The notes: generated from the sequence alone by a model not told the origin. A stretch of 64,000 nt of DNA from Chthoniobacterales bacterium (GCA_038207335.1 JBBQZX010000026.1:11466-75465), one strand, 5' to 3'. Positions 29,176-39,226 are shown, numbered from the stretch's first letter. Program-made: numbers and translations.

Positions 29176-29982
29176 TCAGTGGCCGCGAACGTAGTGTGCA
29201 AAAGCTTTCGCGGTCTGCGCGGCGGCGGCGTGAGAGTCGGGAAGAGGAAGAATTTCGGCGGAAAGGTAACCGTCGTAACCGATGTCGTGGAGCGCTTGCA
29301 TGATCGGCGCGACATCGGTGTGGCCGAACCCGATCGCTCGACGGTTGCTGTCGGCAAAATGCACATGTCCGATGCGTTTCGCGGCGACTCGGAATGCGTC
29401 CGGAATTGACGATTCCTCGATGTTCATGTGAAAGAGGTCGGCGAGCAGTTTGACGTTCGGAATGCCTGACTCGTCGAGGAACGCAGCCGCGTCTGCGACG
29501 CGATTAAAGAGGTTCGTTTCGTAGCGGTTGAGAGGCTCGAAGAGCAGGGTCGTGGTGCTGGCAGCGAGATCGGTGAGTGCGCAGCGAAGCCAGTCCATCG
29601 CTTGATCGCGGGACACCTCCGGTTCCACGCGGCCCTGCATCGAGCCGATGATCGCTGGGGCATGGAACTGCGCCGCAATCTCGATGATCGAGCGGATGAA
29701 ATCGCGAGCCTGCGTACGGATCGCCGCGTCGGGATGGCAAAGGTGCCACTTGTTCACGACCCAGCCGCCGCCTGTACCGATGGCCGCGACGGCAAGCCGA
29801 TACCGCTCGCACAGCGCGCGGATTTCATCGACCGGAATCGCGGAGGCGGAGGCGGGGAAAATCTCGACGGCATCGAAGCCGAGCGCGGCGGCTTGCGCGA
29901 ACGCATCGGCAAGTCCGTCCCAAAAAACGAACGGTCCGCCTTTCGCCTGCGGCACGAGCGAAACCGTGATCGCCGACTTCAT
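29176..29982 (-). CDS. Sugar phosphate isomerase/epimerase (xylose-isomerase-like TIM barrel)
   Basis: Track ORF 29176..30366 trimmed to ATG 29982 (MKSAITV...), which overlaps the upstream stop by ATGA. LFEPLNRYE, HMNIEE and HVHFADSNR metal-site motifs. Confidence 0.85.
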   Translation of the reverse strand: MKSAITVSLVPQAKGGPFVFWDGLADAFAQAAALGFDAVEIFPASASAIPVDEIRALCERYRLAVAAIGTGGGWVVNKWHLCHPDAAIRTQARDFIRSIIEIAAQFHAPAIIGSMQGRVEPEVSRDQAMDWLRCALTDLAASTTTLLFEPLNRYETNLFNRVADAAAFLDESGIPNVKLLADLFHMNIEESSIPDAFRVAAKRIGHVHFADSNRRAIGFGHTDVAPIMQALHDIGYDGYLSAEILPLPDSHAAAAQTAKAFAHYVRGH

Positions 29983-31232
29983 TCGCCGATGAAAAGCGGC
30001 CGTAAGTGGCGTTGGTACAAGTTCTCCGTGACATTGCGCGCGACGACTTCCTCGTTGGCCTTCAGCAGATCGAGGTAACGCGCGCCTGCCTTCGCCGCGA
30101 GTTTGAAGGAAACGTGGAGCAGTTGCCGGAAGCTGGCGTTGAAGAGCGGATGCTGCTGATCGTGTCGGAGCGCGCCGGTGTATTGCTCGCTCGTCCAGCC
30201 GGCGACTTCGTCCGCGGTCGGGAGTCTTGCGCGGTTGATGTCGATCACGGACGCGTACGGCGCGGTTAGCTCGTCCACATGCTCGATCGCGTAGGCGTAG
30301 ATTTCTTTCGCGAAACCGAGCGCGTCGCCGCCGGCTTCGGCCAGACCGATGAGCTCTTCGAGCCATGTCGTTCCGGCGGTTTTGAGATGCAGCCCGGCGT
30401 CGAAATCCGAGAGCGCGTGGCGGATGATCGGGTAGAGCGAAAACTTGTCGCTGCCGGAGTGGACACTGAGTTTCAGCGTCGCGGGCAGGCCGTATTTTTC
30501 GATGGCAAATGCGATGACCGCGAGGTCGTCATGGAACTCTTTTTCGAACTGCGCGAGGTCGCCGACGTAGTCTACGCCTTTGTTGAATCGACCCGTGAAT
30601 TTCGGCGCGATGGTCTGCGCCGGGATGCCTTCGTCGGCGATCGCGGCGAGGATCACCAGCAGCTCCGGCGGCGTCTGAGGTGAGTCGGTTTCATCCATTG
30701 AAACCTCGGCAATCATCGCGTCCACGCCTTTCTGCTCGACGACGTGGCGGTAGATTTTTCCCGCGTCCTGGACGGCGAGGAGGAACTTCTCCGCGATGCG
30801 CTGCACCTCCTGGCGCGTCGTGTGAAAAGGCGTAGCAATTTTCGGAATCTCAATCGTCCCGATCAGCTCGGGATGCCGATCCACAAAGGCTTTCACGGCT
30901 TCCGCACTCGCGGGCTGCCCGATGGAATCGGCGACATCGAGCGTGAAGAAATCCGAATGCGGAATGAAGCGATCGACGGTCTCCAGTCGGATATGGTCGG
31001 CATCGACGTGCCATCCTTTTTCCCAGTCGAGCGCCTCCACCGCAACCCGCGCGGCGACGAGCACGGATGCCGGCTCGGACCCGATGAACGTGTGCTCGCG
31101 ATTCGATTTATTCCAGACGGGCACCACCTCGACGCCGTCTTTCGAGAGAAGCTGGCACGCGCGAAGTTGGGCTTTCGCCTGATGAGCAAAACGGTCGCCG
31201 ACGCCAATCGAGAATTTTTCGAGCGCCAGCAT
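29979..31232 (-). CDS. UxaE-like (tagaturonate/fructuronate epimerase family) protein
   Basis: Track ORF 29979..32045 trimmed to ATG 31232 (MLALEKFSIGVGDRFAHQ). The SVHSGSDKFS and HLKTAGTTWLE motifs are as I recall for the UxaE family. This assignment is from memory and has not been checked. Confidence 0.6.
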   Translation of the reverse strand: MLALEKFSIGVGDRFAHQAKAQLRACQLLSKDGVEVVPVWNKSNREHTFIGSEPASVLVAARVAVEALDWEKGWHVDADHIRLETVDRFIPHSDFFTLDVADSIGQPASAEAVKAFVDRHPELIGTIEIPKIATPFHTTRQEVQRIAEKFLLAVQDAGKIYRHVVEQKGVDAMIAEVSMDETDSPQTPPELLVILAAIADEGIPAQTIAPKFTGRFNKGVDYVGDLAQFEKEFHDDLAVIAFAIEKYGLPATLKLSVHSGSDKFSLYPIIRHALSDFDAGLHLKTAGTTWLEELIGLAEAGGDALGFAKEIYAYAIEHVDELTAPYASVIDINRARLPTADEVAGWTSEQYTGALRHDQQHPLFNASFRQLLHVSFKLAAKAGARYLDLLKANEEVVARNVTENLYQRHLRPLFIGE

Positions 31233-31234
31233 TT

Positions 31235-32575
31235 TCAGAGCGGTTTGATCGACACGTCGCGAAACATCACGGGATCGTTGTGCCCCGCGAAGCCGAAGAA
31301 GCCGCTGGTGCGGTCTTTGCCGGGATGGGCGCTGTGGGCCATGACGGCGGTCATGTCCACGGTGCTCAGGTCGGTGTCGAGGATGACGGTGCCGTTGAGT
31401 TCGACGCGGATGGTCGAGCCTTTGATCGTCACTTCCTGGAAATTCCAGTCGCCGATTGGATGCTGGTATCCGCGTTGCGCGGCGACCATTCCGTAGGCCG
31501 AACCGTGGGCCTGCCGGGGGTCGATTTTGCCGCGCACTTTTTCGTAATTGTCGTCGAGCACCTGCAGCTCGCACATGCCCTGATAGGCGGTGTCCCCATT
31601 GAGCGCGCAGCGGATGGCGAGGCCGTTGTTTCCGCCGGGCGGAACCTTGAATTCCAGCCGTGCGACGAAGTCCGCGTATTCGTCCTTGGTCAGCAGATTT
31701 CCACCTTTGCCGGGTTTGCAGCCGATCGCGCCGTCGCGAACTTCGTAATTGTCCACGGCACCCTGCCAGCCTGCGAGGTCCGTGCCATTGAAGAGCGATT
31801 TGAAGCCCGCATCCGCGCCGTGGCTGGCGAGGATTTTGTTCGCTTCGTCGCTGCCGATTTCGCGGATGAAAATGTTGCGCCATTTGATCGAAGCGCCGTG
31901 CGTTTGCAGGCAGATCGGACCGCGCGGAAGGATCGGAGTTTTGCGGTCGTAGTAATTTTCGAGGGTTGCGTGATCGACGACGAGTTGGTCGTTCAGCCAG
32001 ACGCTGACGCGCGCTCCGACCATGAGCACGCGGAAGTGGTTCCACTCGCCGGATGGCTTGTCCGCGAGCACCAGCGGATCTTTACCCGGCGCGCCGGGCG
32101 AGTTGTTCCAGAGCCCGCCGCTTCCTTTGTCCGCGCCGTTCTTGAATTCGCGGGCGTTGGTGTGATCCCAAATCTGCACCTGCGGGACGTTGCGGAGATA
32201 AATTCCCGAGTCGCCGAGCGGGGCCATGTTGTAATCCACGAACAGCTCGAAGTCGCCGTATTCCTTCTCGGTCGTCGCGTAGTCGCCCTTGCCGTCGTTG
32301 AGCAGTTCACCGCCTTCCGCCTTCCAGTGTTCGTGCATCGTCGCGGTCCATTTTTCGATCTGCGCGGCACGGGTGGCGTCGTCCATCGCCGCGAGTTTCC
32401 GTGGATCGAAGGTGCTGCCGCCCCGCCAGCCGGTGAGGTCGGTGCCGTTGAAAAGCGCGGTGAAGCCCGCGGGTGGTGCGGTCTCCGCGCGGACTGAAAA
32501 CTGCAGCGAAACCACTGCCAGAGCGGTGGCGAAAACATGGGAAACGAAACGGCGACGGAGCAGGGGAATTTTCAT
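31235..32575 (-). CDS. Secreted protein with two tandem DUF1080 (3-keto-disaccharide hydrolase-like) domains
   Basis: Trimmed to ATG 32575 (MKIPLLRRRFVSHVFATALAV). FTALFNGTDLTGWRG and FKSLFNGTDLAGWQG each start a domain, and each domain ends in ...FR(N/D)(I/V).I(R/K). Confidence 0.8.
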   Translation of the reverse strand: MKIPLLRRRFVSHVFATALAVVSLQFSVRAETAPPAGFTALFNGTDLTGWRGGSTFDPRKLAAMDDATRAAQIEKWTATMHEHWKAEGGELLNDGKGDYATTEKEYGDFELFVDYNMAPLGDSGIYLRNVPQVQIWDHTNAREFKNGADKGSGGLWNNSPGAPGKDPLVLADKPSGEWNHFRVLMVGARVSVWLNDQLVVDHATLENYYDRKTPILPRGPICLQTHGASIKWRNIFIREIGSDEANKILASHGADAGFKSLFNGTDLAGWQGAVDNYEVRDGAIGCKPGKGGNLLTKDEYADFVARLEFKVPPGGNNGLAIRCALNGDTAYQGMCELQVLDDNYEKVRGKIDPRQAHGSAYGMVAAQRGYQHPIGDWNFQEVTIKGSTIRVELNGTVILDTDLSTVDMTAVMAHSAHPGKDRTSGFFGFAGHNDPVMFRDVSIKPL

Positions 32576-32874
32576 AAGTCGGCAAAAGGTTGAACGCCCC
32601 GCGCCGTCCCCGGCGAGCAAATTGAAGAGAGCCAGCCGCTTCGCAAAATATGGGAGCAGCTAAGCTTCAAAGCTTATCATTCTGAGTGCCTACGAAGAAT
32701 CTCCAGCCTCTGTCTTTCTCACGCGCTCGAAGTGAAAGGTACAGAATTGCGATCTTTCGCTGGCTCAAGATGACGGGCTTTTCCAAGTGAGCCATCACCA
32801 GTTCCGGCGAGTCCGCGCCCGCTTGCCCGACTCCACGTCCGCACGGAGCTCACGCCGGCCTCGCCGCCGCGCGA

Positions 32875-35800
32875 TCAAGCCACTTCGACCGCGTGAACGT
32901 CGGGAGTCGGTCCGACGGCAAAGGAGTCCTGGACGGCAGTTTTGCTGCTGAACGCGAATTTTGTGCTGCCGACTTTGAGGGAGCCGATCTGCTGGGCGCT
33001 GAAAAGAAATGTGCTGCCTGGGACCGCACCGGGCGCGCCCGAGATGCCGGCAGTCACGCTGATGCTGGCGATGCGGGAAACGATGGCCGCATTCACGTCG
33101 GCAATCGCGGTGCCGTCGGGCTTCACGCCGGCGAGGACGTTGCTCCGCGACCAACTTCCTTTCGCCACCACCGCGCCGATTTGCACGTCGGAGCGGAGCG
33201 GCGAAAGGCTGGTGCTGTAGCCGGCGAGGAGGTCGAGGCGGGACACGTCGCCGCTGACGGTGAGCGATTTGATCGCGTTGGCTTTCGACGAGGACGCCGG
33301 CGCGGCCAGACCTTCGGCGACTATGTGGACATTCGCGGTGGCGGCGCCGCGCACGTCGCCGGTGATCTTGATCGAACTTAGCGTGGAGCCGCTGAAGATG
33401 CCGGTGAGCGTGTTGCTCCCGCCGAAGAGCGAGCCGCTGATCGTGATCGCGCCGATGGTGCCGAGGTCGCTCATGCCGAGGTCGGCAAAAATGGACCCGG
33501 CGTAGTCTCCCGAGCCGCCGATCAAGTCGCCGCTGATTTTGACCGACGCGATGTTCCCACCCGCCGTAATGCTGCCGGACTGCACGCCGCTGCCACCGTA
33601 AACGCTGCGGCCGATCGTCACCTTCCCGATGCTGGTCGGGCTCTCGATGTTGCCCGTGTCCGGGCCGGAGCCGCCGTAAAGCGAGCCGCTCACGGTGATG
33701 TTGCCGATCTTGCCGAGCGCCGCGACGCAGGCGGAATCCTCCACGGTGCCGCCGCGGACATCGCCCTTGATGGTGACGCGGCTGAGATCGACCGTGGCGC
33801 TGAGCGCGGCGGCGTTGCCCAGACCGATGATCGAGCCGCCGATCGTCGCCTTGGCGAGCGTGCCGAAGACAGCGAACCCGACGCCATTCACGTCGGTCGC
33901 GACGGTGAGCTTCGAGACTTTCCCGAACAGGTTGCTCTGCGGCGAAGTCGCTCCAGTGCTTGATCCGCGGCCCCCGAGCGAATGCAACGTGAGCGTGCCG
34001 ACCGCCGCCACCGTCGCGCTACTGCTGCCGCCTGCGATCACGCCCACGTCGCCGGGCGTCGTCACTTTCGTAAGATCGACGCCCGTGAAATCGATCGCGC
34101 CGATATCCACGAACCCGTCGCCGCCATTCGCCGAGCTGCGCGCCGCAGTGATCGTGAGGCTCGCCTTCTTCCCATTGAAATCCGCGTCGTTGGCGAGATT
34201 GATCCGCCGGAGCTGCCCGCTGGTCGCGTCGGGGAATTCAAAGTTCGCGAGGTCGAACTTGCCCTTGTCCGTCTTGATCGTCACGAGGTCGCCGTCCACG
34301 TCGGAGAAGGTGAAAGTCTTGCCGTCGGCGGAAAGGACGCGCTCGCCACCGATGAACGGCGTGAAAGCGACGGGCGGGAGCGGCGCAGCAGCGTCGAGCT
34401 CACGCACCCGGAGGTCGAAAGTCGCGCCGACGTTGAACTCATCCTCAGCCGTGTTCGACGCGGTCGTCTTCGTCAGCGGGAAGGTCGCCTTGCCGACCTT
34501 CAGCGACCCGATTTGCTCCGCCGTGAAGGCGTAGCGATCCGAGCCGCCGTCCGTCCCGCGAGCTTCGCCGGTGATCGCGATGCTCGCGATTTTCGTGAAG
34601 ATGGACGCGCTCACGCCGGCGATCACGCTGTCGTCGGGCGTGCCAAATTTCCCATCCATGCCCGGGTTCACGCCCGCCGAGATCGAGCCGCCGATCCAGT
34701 CGCCTTTCACCACGACTTTTCCGATCTGCGCGTCGGCGACCAGCGCCGCACCCGCCGTGTCAAAGCCCGCGATGACTCTGGCAAAATGCACGCTGCCGGT
34801 GACGGTGAGACTCTTCAGCGTGGAAGACTTGGCGTCCTTGCCGGAGCTGATGAATGCAGGGTTCGCAGCCGATCCGAAGACGCTGCCGCCGACCGTCACC
34901 GCGCCGAGCGAGCCGCCCGCAAAGACGCCCGTGCGCCCGCTCGTGCCGCCATCGAGATTGCCGGAAATGGTCACGTTGCCGATCGCGCCGAGCGACTTCA
35001 CCGAGCCGGAAAAGTCCCCCGCGCCGCCGATCAGATTGCCCGTGATCTTCACCGAACTGATCGCGCCCATCGCCGAGATGCCGCCGCTCGCGGTCCCGCC
35101 GTGCACGTCGTGCGAGATAGTCACCGCGCCGATCGTCGAGCCCGAGATGAGCGTCGCGCTATTCGCCCCAGTCCCGCCGAAGATCGACCCGCTCACCTTC
35201 ACCTTGCCGATCGACGCACCCGTGATCGATGCCGAGCCCGCGCCCACGCCGCCGAGCAGATTCCCACCGATCGTGGTCGTCCCGATCGAGCCTGCCGCGA
35301 TGACCGACCCGCTGTTCGCCGTCGCGCCGCCGATGAGCGAGTGACTGACCGTCAGCGTCCCGATCTTGCCATTCACCCCCGTCACATTCACGAACGCCCC
35401 GTCGATATCCGTCGTCACCGCGAGCTTCGTCAGCGGCCCGTTGATATCACTCTCCAGCGACCCGCCCACGCCCTGCGTCGTGAGCCCGTAGCGCCCGAGC
35501 GAATTCACCGTCAGCGTCGTGATCGCCGCCTTCGTCGAGCCCGTCCCCGCGTCGATCTGCCCGAGATCGCCCGACACCGTCACCTTCCCGAGATCGATCC
35601 CGTGCGCGTCGATCGCCCCCACATTCACCAGCCCGTCCCCGCCCAGCGGCCCCGGCTTCGCAGTGATCGTGATCGTCGCCCCCGTGTTGTCGTAGTCCGC
35701 GACCCCATTCCCCAGGCTCAGGTTCAAAAGCTGGAGCTGCTTCCCGCCCAGCACCGCCCCCGGCGCGCTCGCGAGCAGGAATTCCGCGGGGTCCAGTTTC

Positions 35801-37407
35801 CCCTTCGTCGTCTTCACCGTCACGATGTCGCCGTCCACGTCCGTGTAGGTGAAAGTCTTCCCGTCCGCCGACCCGCTCAGATTCGTGCCGAGGACGATGA
35901 AAGCCTTCTCCGCGACCTGCCCGCTCGGCGGGATCCACGCCGCGTCGTCGAGCCCGTCGCCGTTGATGTCCCCGATGAAGTTGAAGGTGCCGTAATTATG
36001 CAGCGTCGGCGTGATGTCCGGGCGAAAGAGATACGTCCCGCTGCCCTTCGTGCTGTTCAGGGTGTAGAGGCCGCTCTTCTGCGTGCCGTTGTAAATGGCG
36101 AGAGTCCCCGCGCCGTCCAGATACGCCAGGTAATCCGTCACGCCATCGCCATCGAAATCGCCCGGATCGTAGAACAAGTCGGAGATGCCCCCGTTGCCGT
36201 AGGGATTCCTGCCGTCCGGCCCGACCAGCACCTGCCGCGTCAGTGTCTGCGGCTTGGTAAAAGGATTCGTCGAAAAGCCCGACCCGCTGTTCTTCGCCCA
36301 CACGAAGCCCTCCGTCTTTTCGGGAAAGCCGAAATTGAAAGGAATCCCGAGATCGAGCTTCCCGTCGCCGTCGATGTCACGCAGCACGACCTTGCTCCCC
36401 ACGAAATATTGGTGCGGCGTCGTCACCGTCGGGATGTCAAAGCCCTGCGCCGCCGTGAGCGTCACCACATTCAGCACCGCCGTGCTCGTCGTCTGGCCGA
36501 AGACCACCGTCGTGTGCAGCGTCCCCCCATTGGGCAGATTCCCCACGCCAATGTCGTCGCGACCGTCCTGATTCACATCGCCGATGAAGCCCACGCTGGC
36601 CCCGATCCTGTCGTTCGACTTACTCGACGCGATCAGAAAGCCGTTCGTGCCATTGAGCGACGCCGTCGAGAGCGTCGGCGTGAAAGCGCCCGTATGCCCG
36701 AAGATCACGAACACCCCGCCCCCGCCCGTCTGCACGAATGCCGACACATCCGGCGCGCCCACCAGGATATCCGCAAAGCCATCACCATTGTAATCGCCGC
36801 CCTGTCCCTCACCCAGCAGCACGCGCCCGCCCACCACCGTGCCCACCCCGCCCGGGAAGCTGCGATCGTCCCCCGCGATCTTAAAGCCATTCGTCCCATT
36901 GAGCCCCCCGATATTCTGCGTGGCCGGCAGCGCCGCGCCGCCAAAGAACACATACACCTCCCCATCCCCGCCGCTCCCAGTCGATGACGCACCGATCACG
37001 ATGTCATCGAAGCCGTCCCCATTCACATCCCCCGCGCTCGCCACCGCCTTGCCAAAGCCGCCGCCCTTCCCACCGATCAGCACCCCGCTCGTCCCCAGCG
37101 CATCGAGATTGATATTCACCGGAAACCCACCCGGACGCCCCCAGATCACCGCCACCAGCCCCTGATTCCCGGGGCTACTATCCGCATGACCGGTATCCGA
37201 GCCGATGAGAAGATCATCGTATCCGTCCCCATTCACATCCCCGCCATTGGCGATCGCCGTATAGCCCGGTTGAAACGCCTGTGTATCCACGCCCCCAGTC
37301 ACCGTGAAGCCATTCGAGCCATTGAGCCCGAGTAGCGAGAAAGTCGTAAAAGCCGGAGCGATACGGGTCTCGAGAGGTTCGATAAAAGTGCGGCGGCGTT
37401 GGATCAT
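32875..37407 (-). CDS. Giant secreted FG-GAP/VCBS-repeat protein with two about 480-aa beta-helix-like repeat modules
   Basis: Trimmed to ATG 37407 (MIQRRRTFIEPLETRIAPA). There are at least 7 FG-GAP-type units (GDVNGDGYDDL, GDVNGDGFDDI, DYNGDGFADIL, GDVNQDGRDDI, RDIDGDGKLDL, DFDGDGVTDY, GDINGDGLDD). These are followed by duplicated modules rich in G-x-(I/V)-G-x-(V/I)-T-(I/V)-x-G-x-(L/I)-x-GG. Confidence 0.85.
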   Translation of the reverse strand: MIQRRRTFIEPLETRIAPAFTTFSLLGLNGSNGFTVTGGVDTQAFQPGYTAIANGGDVNGDGYDDLLIGSDTGHADSSPGNQGLVAVIWGRPGGFPVNINLDALGTSGVLIGGKGGGFGKAVASAGDVNGDGFDDIVIGASSTGSGGDGEVYVFFGGAALPATQNIGGLNGTNGFKIAGDDRSFPGGVGTVVGGRVLLGEGQGGDYNGDGFADILVGAPDVSAFVQTGGGGVFVIFGHTGAFTPTLSTASLNGTNGFLIASSKSNDRIGASVGFIGDVNQDGRDDIGVGNLPNGGTLHTTVVFGQTTSTAVLNVVTLTAAQGFDIPTVTTPHQYFVGSKVVLRDIDGDGKLDLGIPFNFGFPEKTEGFVWAKNSGSGFSTNPFTKPQTLTRQVLVGPDGRNPYGNGGISDLFYDPGDFDGDGVTDYLAYLDGAGTLAIYNGTQKSGLYTLNSTKGSGTYLFRPDITPTLHNYGTFNFIGDINGDGLDDAAWIPPSGQVAEKAFIVLGTNLSGSADGKTFTYTDVDGDIVTVKTTKGKLDPAEFLLASAPGAVLGGKQLQLLNLSLGNGVADYDNTGATITITAKPGPLGGDGLVNVGAIDAHGIDLGKVTVSGDLGQIDAGTGSTKAAITTLTVNSLGRYGLTTQGVGGSLESDINGPLTKLAVTTDIDGAFVNVTGVNGKIGTLTVSHSLIGGATANSGSVIAAGSIGTTTIGGNLLGGVGAGSASITGASIGKVKVSGSIFGGTGANSATLISGSTIGAVTISHDVHGGTASGGISAMGAISSVKITGNLIGGAGDFSGSVKSLGAIGNVTISGNLDGGTSGRTGVFAGGSLGAVTVGGSVFGSAANPAFISSGKDAKSSTLKSLTVTGSVHFARVIAGFDTAGAALVADAQIGKVVVKGDWIGGSISAGVNPGMDGKFGTPDDSVIAGVSASIFTKIASIAITGEARGTDGGSDRYAFTAEQIGSLKVGKATFPLTKTTASNTAEDEFNVGATFDLRVRELDAAAPLPPVAFTPFIGGERVLSADGKTFTFSDVDGDLVTIKTDKGKFDLANFEFPDATSGQLRRINLANDADFNGKKASLTITAARSSANGGDGFVDIGAIDFTGVDLTKVTTPGDVGVIAGGSSSATVAAVGTLTLHSLGGRGSSTGATSPQSNLFGKVSKLTVATDVNGVGFAVFGTLAKATIGGSIIGLGNAAALSATVDLSRVTIKGDVRGGTVEDSACVAALGKIGNITVSGSLYGGSGPDTGNIESPTSIGKVTIGRSVYGGSGVQSGSITAGGNIASVKISGDLIGGSGDYAGSIFADLGMSDLGTIGAITISGSLFGGSNTLTGIFSGSTLSSIKITGDVRGAATANVHIVAEGLAAPASSSKANAIKSLTVSGDVSRLDLLAGYSTSLSPLRSDVQIGAVVAKGSWSRSNVLAGVKPDGTAIADVNAAIVSRIASISVTAGISGAPGAVPGSTFLFSAQQIGSLKVGSTKFAFSSKTAVQDSFAVGPTPDVHAVEVA

Positions 37408-37554
37408 GAGGGTAGTGTTTTGGGGGTTTTGAGAAAAATTCGCACGATCCTGAGAGCGAAGCGGCCGCAGGAATCGGCGCGACTTAGGCGAACCGAAAGC
37501 CCATGTCAACGGGGACTGTCCACGCCGGGTGTCCTGTCCTCCATTCTGGCCCGG

Positions 37555-39165
37555 CTACCCTGCCGTGAGGGCGGCGCGCTCGTTGCCGGTGGTGCCGGTC
37601 TTTTCGAGGAAATAGTCGTAGCCGCCGGAGTACGGGGTGACTTGCCCGGCGTTCACATGCAGCACTTTCGTCGCGAGTTTTCGGATGAAATGCACGTCGT
37701 GCGAAATGAACATGAGCGTGCCTTCGTACCGCTCCAGTGCGAGGATGAGCGACTCGACGGTGTGGATGTCGAGGTGCGTCGTCGGCTCGTCCATGAGCAG
37801 CAGATTCGGCGGATCGACGAGAAATTTGATGAGGTTCAGCCGGCTCTTTTCGCCGCCGCTGAGGACGCCCGTTTTTTTGTAGATTTCCTCTTTCCGAAAA
37901 AGGAACGACCCGAGAATGCCGCGCGCCTCTTCCTCTCGGATCGTCGGCGCGCTCGCCATCACCTCCTCAAGCACGGTTTTGTCGGCGTCGAGGGTCTCGG
38001 AGCGGTGCTGGCTGAAATATCCGATTTTCGCGTTGTGCCCGAGTTTGCGTTCGCCTTTTTGAAACTCGACGACGCCGGCGAGGATTTTTAGCAGCGTCGA
38101 TTTTCCCGCGCCGTTTGGTCCGACGAGGACGGTGCGTTCGCCGCGTTCGATCGTGAGGTCCAGGCCCGCATAAACTTTGTTCGCGCCGTAAGCCATGTGG
38201 ATGCCTTCGAGCGAAATTGCGCGCTGACCGCCGCGCGGCGGCTGCGGGATTTGGAAGCGGAACGGCTTGCGCGGCGGCGTCGGTTTTTCGATGAGCTCCA
38301 TGCGCTCGATTTGTTTGAGCTTGCTCATCGCCTGCGACGCTTTCGACGCGACCTGCCGGAAGCGGTCGTAGAATTCGCGCAGCGCGGCGATCTCCTTTTG
38401 CTGGTTTTTGTAGGCGGCGTTCTGCTGTTCGTAGTTCGCCTCTTTTTTCTCGAGAAAGGCGGAGTAGTTGCCGGTGTAGGGCACCAGTTTTTGCTCCGCG
38501 ATCTCGTGCACGCTCTCGACGATTTCGTCCATGAACTGCCGATCGTGCGAGATCATCAAAATCGCGCCGGAGTAGGTCTTGAGATATTCCTGGAGCCAGA
38601 GGAGTGACAGGAGGTCGAGGTGGTTCGTGGGCTCGTCGAGCAGGAGAAGATCGGGTTCCATCACGAGCAGCCGCGCGAGGTGCGCGCGCATGATCCAGCC
38701 GCCGCTGAGCTCCTTGGCTTTTCGTGAAAAATCGGTTTCGCGGTATCCGAGGCCGCGCAGGATTTTCTTCGCCTTCGCCTCGACTTCCGGGTTGCTGAGC
38801 GCCTCGTGCTTCGCGTGAGCCTCGAGATATTCCGGCCCATCGACGGTGCCGGCTTTTTCGAGTTCGTGCAGTTTGGTTTCGAGCGCCTGCAGGTCGCCCG
38901 CGCGGCCGGTCGCGACATCCATCACGGTTTCTTCGCCGACGGTTTCACTCTCCTGCGGAAGATATCCAACCATCGTCCACTCGTCGCGCTCGATCGCGCC
39001 GGAGTCGGGCTCGTCGGTCTTTAGAATGAGGCCGAAGAGCGTAGATTTTCCCGCGCCATTCGGCCCAACGAGCGCAACGCGTTCGCCGTAGTTGACGGTG
39101 AGCGTGGCGTTTTCGAAGAGCGTGCGGCCGCCGATGGTTTTGCGTAGATCGCGGATCGTGAGCAT
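37555..39165 (-). CDS. ABC-F family ATPase (two ABC domains, no TM)
   Basis: Two Walker A motifs (GPNGAGKST twice), two LSGG signatures (LSGGWIMR, LSGGEKSR), two Walker B motifs (LLLLDEPTNHLD, LLLMDEPTTHLD), and an inter-domain linker. Trimmed to ATG 39165. Confidence 0.9.
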   Translation of the reverse strand: MLTIRDLRKTIGGRTLFENATLTVNYGERVALVGPNGAGKSTLFGLILKTDEPDSGAIERDEWTMVGYLPQESETVGEETVMDVATGRAGDLQALETKLHELEKAGTVDGPEYLEAHAKHEALSNPEVEAKAKKILRGLGYRETDFSRKAKELSGGWIMRAHLARLLVMEPDLLLLDEPTNHLDLLSLLWLQEYLKTYSGAILMISHDRQFMDEIVESVHEIAEQKLVPYTGNYSAFLEKKEANYEQQNAAYKNQQKEIAALREFYDRFRQVASKASQAMSKLKQIERMELIEKPTPPRKPFRFQIPQPPRGGQRAISLEGIHMAYGANKVYAGLDLTIERGERTVLVGPNGAGKSTLLKILAGVVEFQKGERKLGHNAKIGYFSQHRSETLDADKTVLEEVMASAPTIREEEARGILGSFLFRKEEIYKKTGVLSGGEKSRLNLIKFLVDPPNLLLMDEPTTHLDIHTVESLILALERYEGTLMFISHDVHFIRKLATKVLHVNAGQVTPYSGGYDYFLEKTGTTGNERAALTAG

Positions 39166-39226
39166 GTGACTTGGGATTAAAAAACGGGCGGGTTCGTTAG
39201 CGTCGGATCGGTCGGAGCGCCAGCGA

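Noticed and set aside
29176-32045. Long Arg-rich N-terminal extensions of track ORFs 29176..30366 and 29979..32045
   Set aside because: The extensions overlap the upstream genes in another frame. Internal ATGs at 29982 and 31232 give family-typical N-termini and operon-style junctions (a 4-nt ATGA overlap at 29979-29982 and a 2-nt gap at 31233-31234).
33982-36987. 1001-aa + strand ORF
   Set aside because: It is antisense to the FG-GAP giant gene and has extreme Arg/Pro/His/Asp composition. It persists only because the glycine-rich sense frame (GGN/GCC codons) removes stops.
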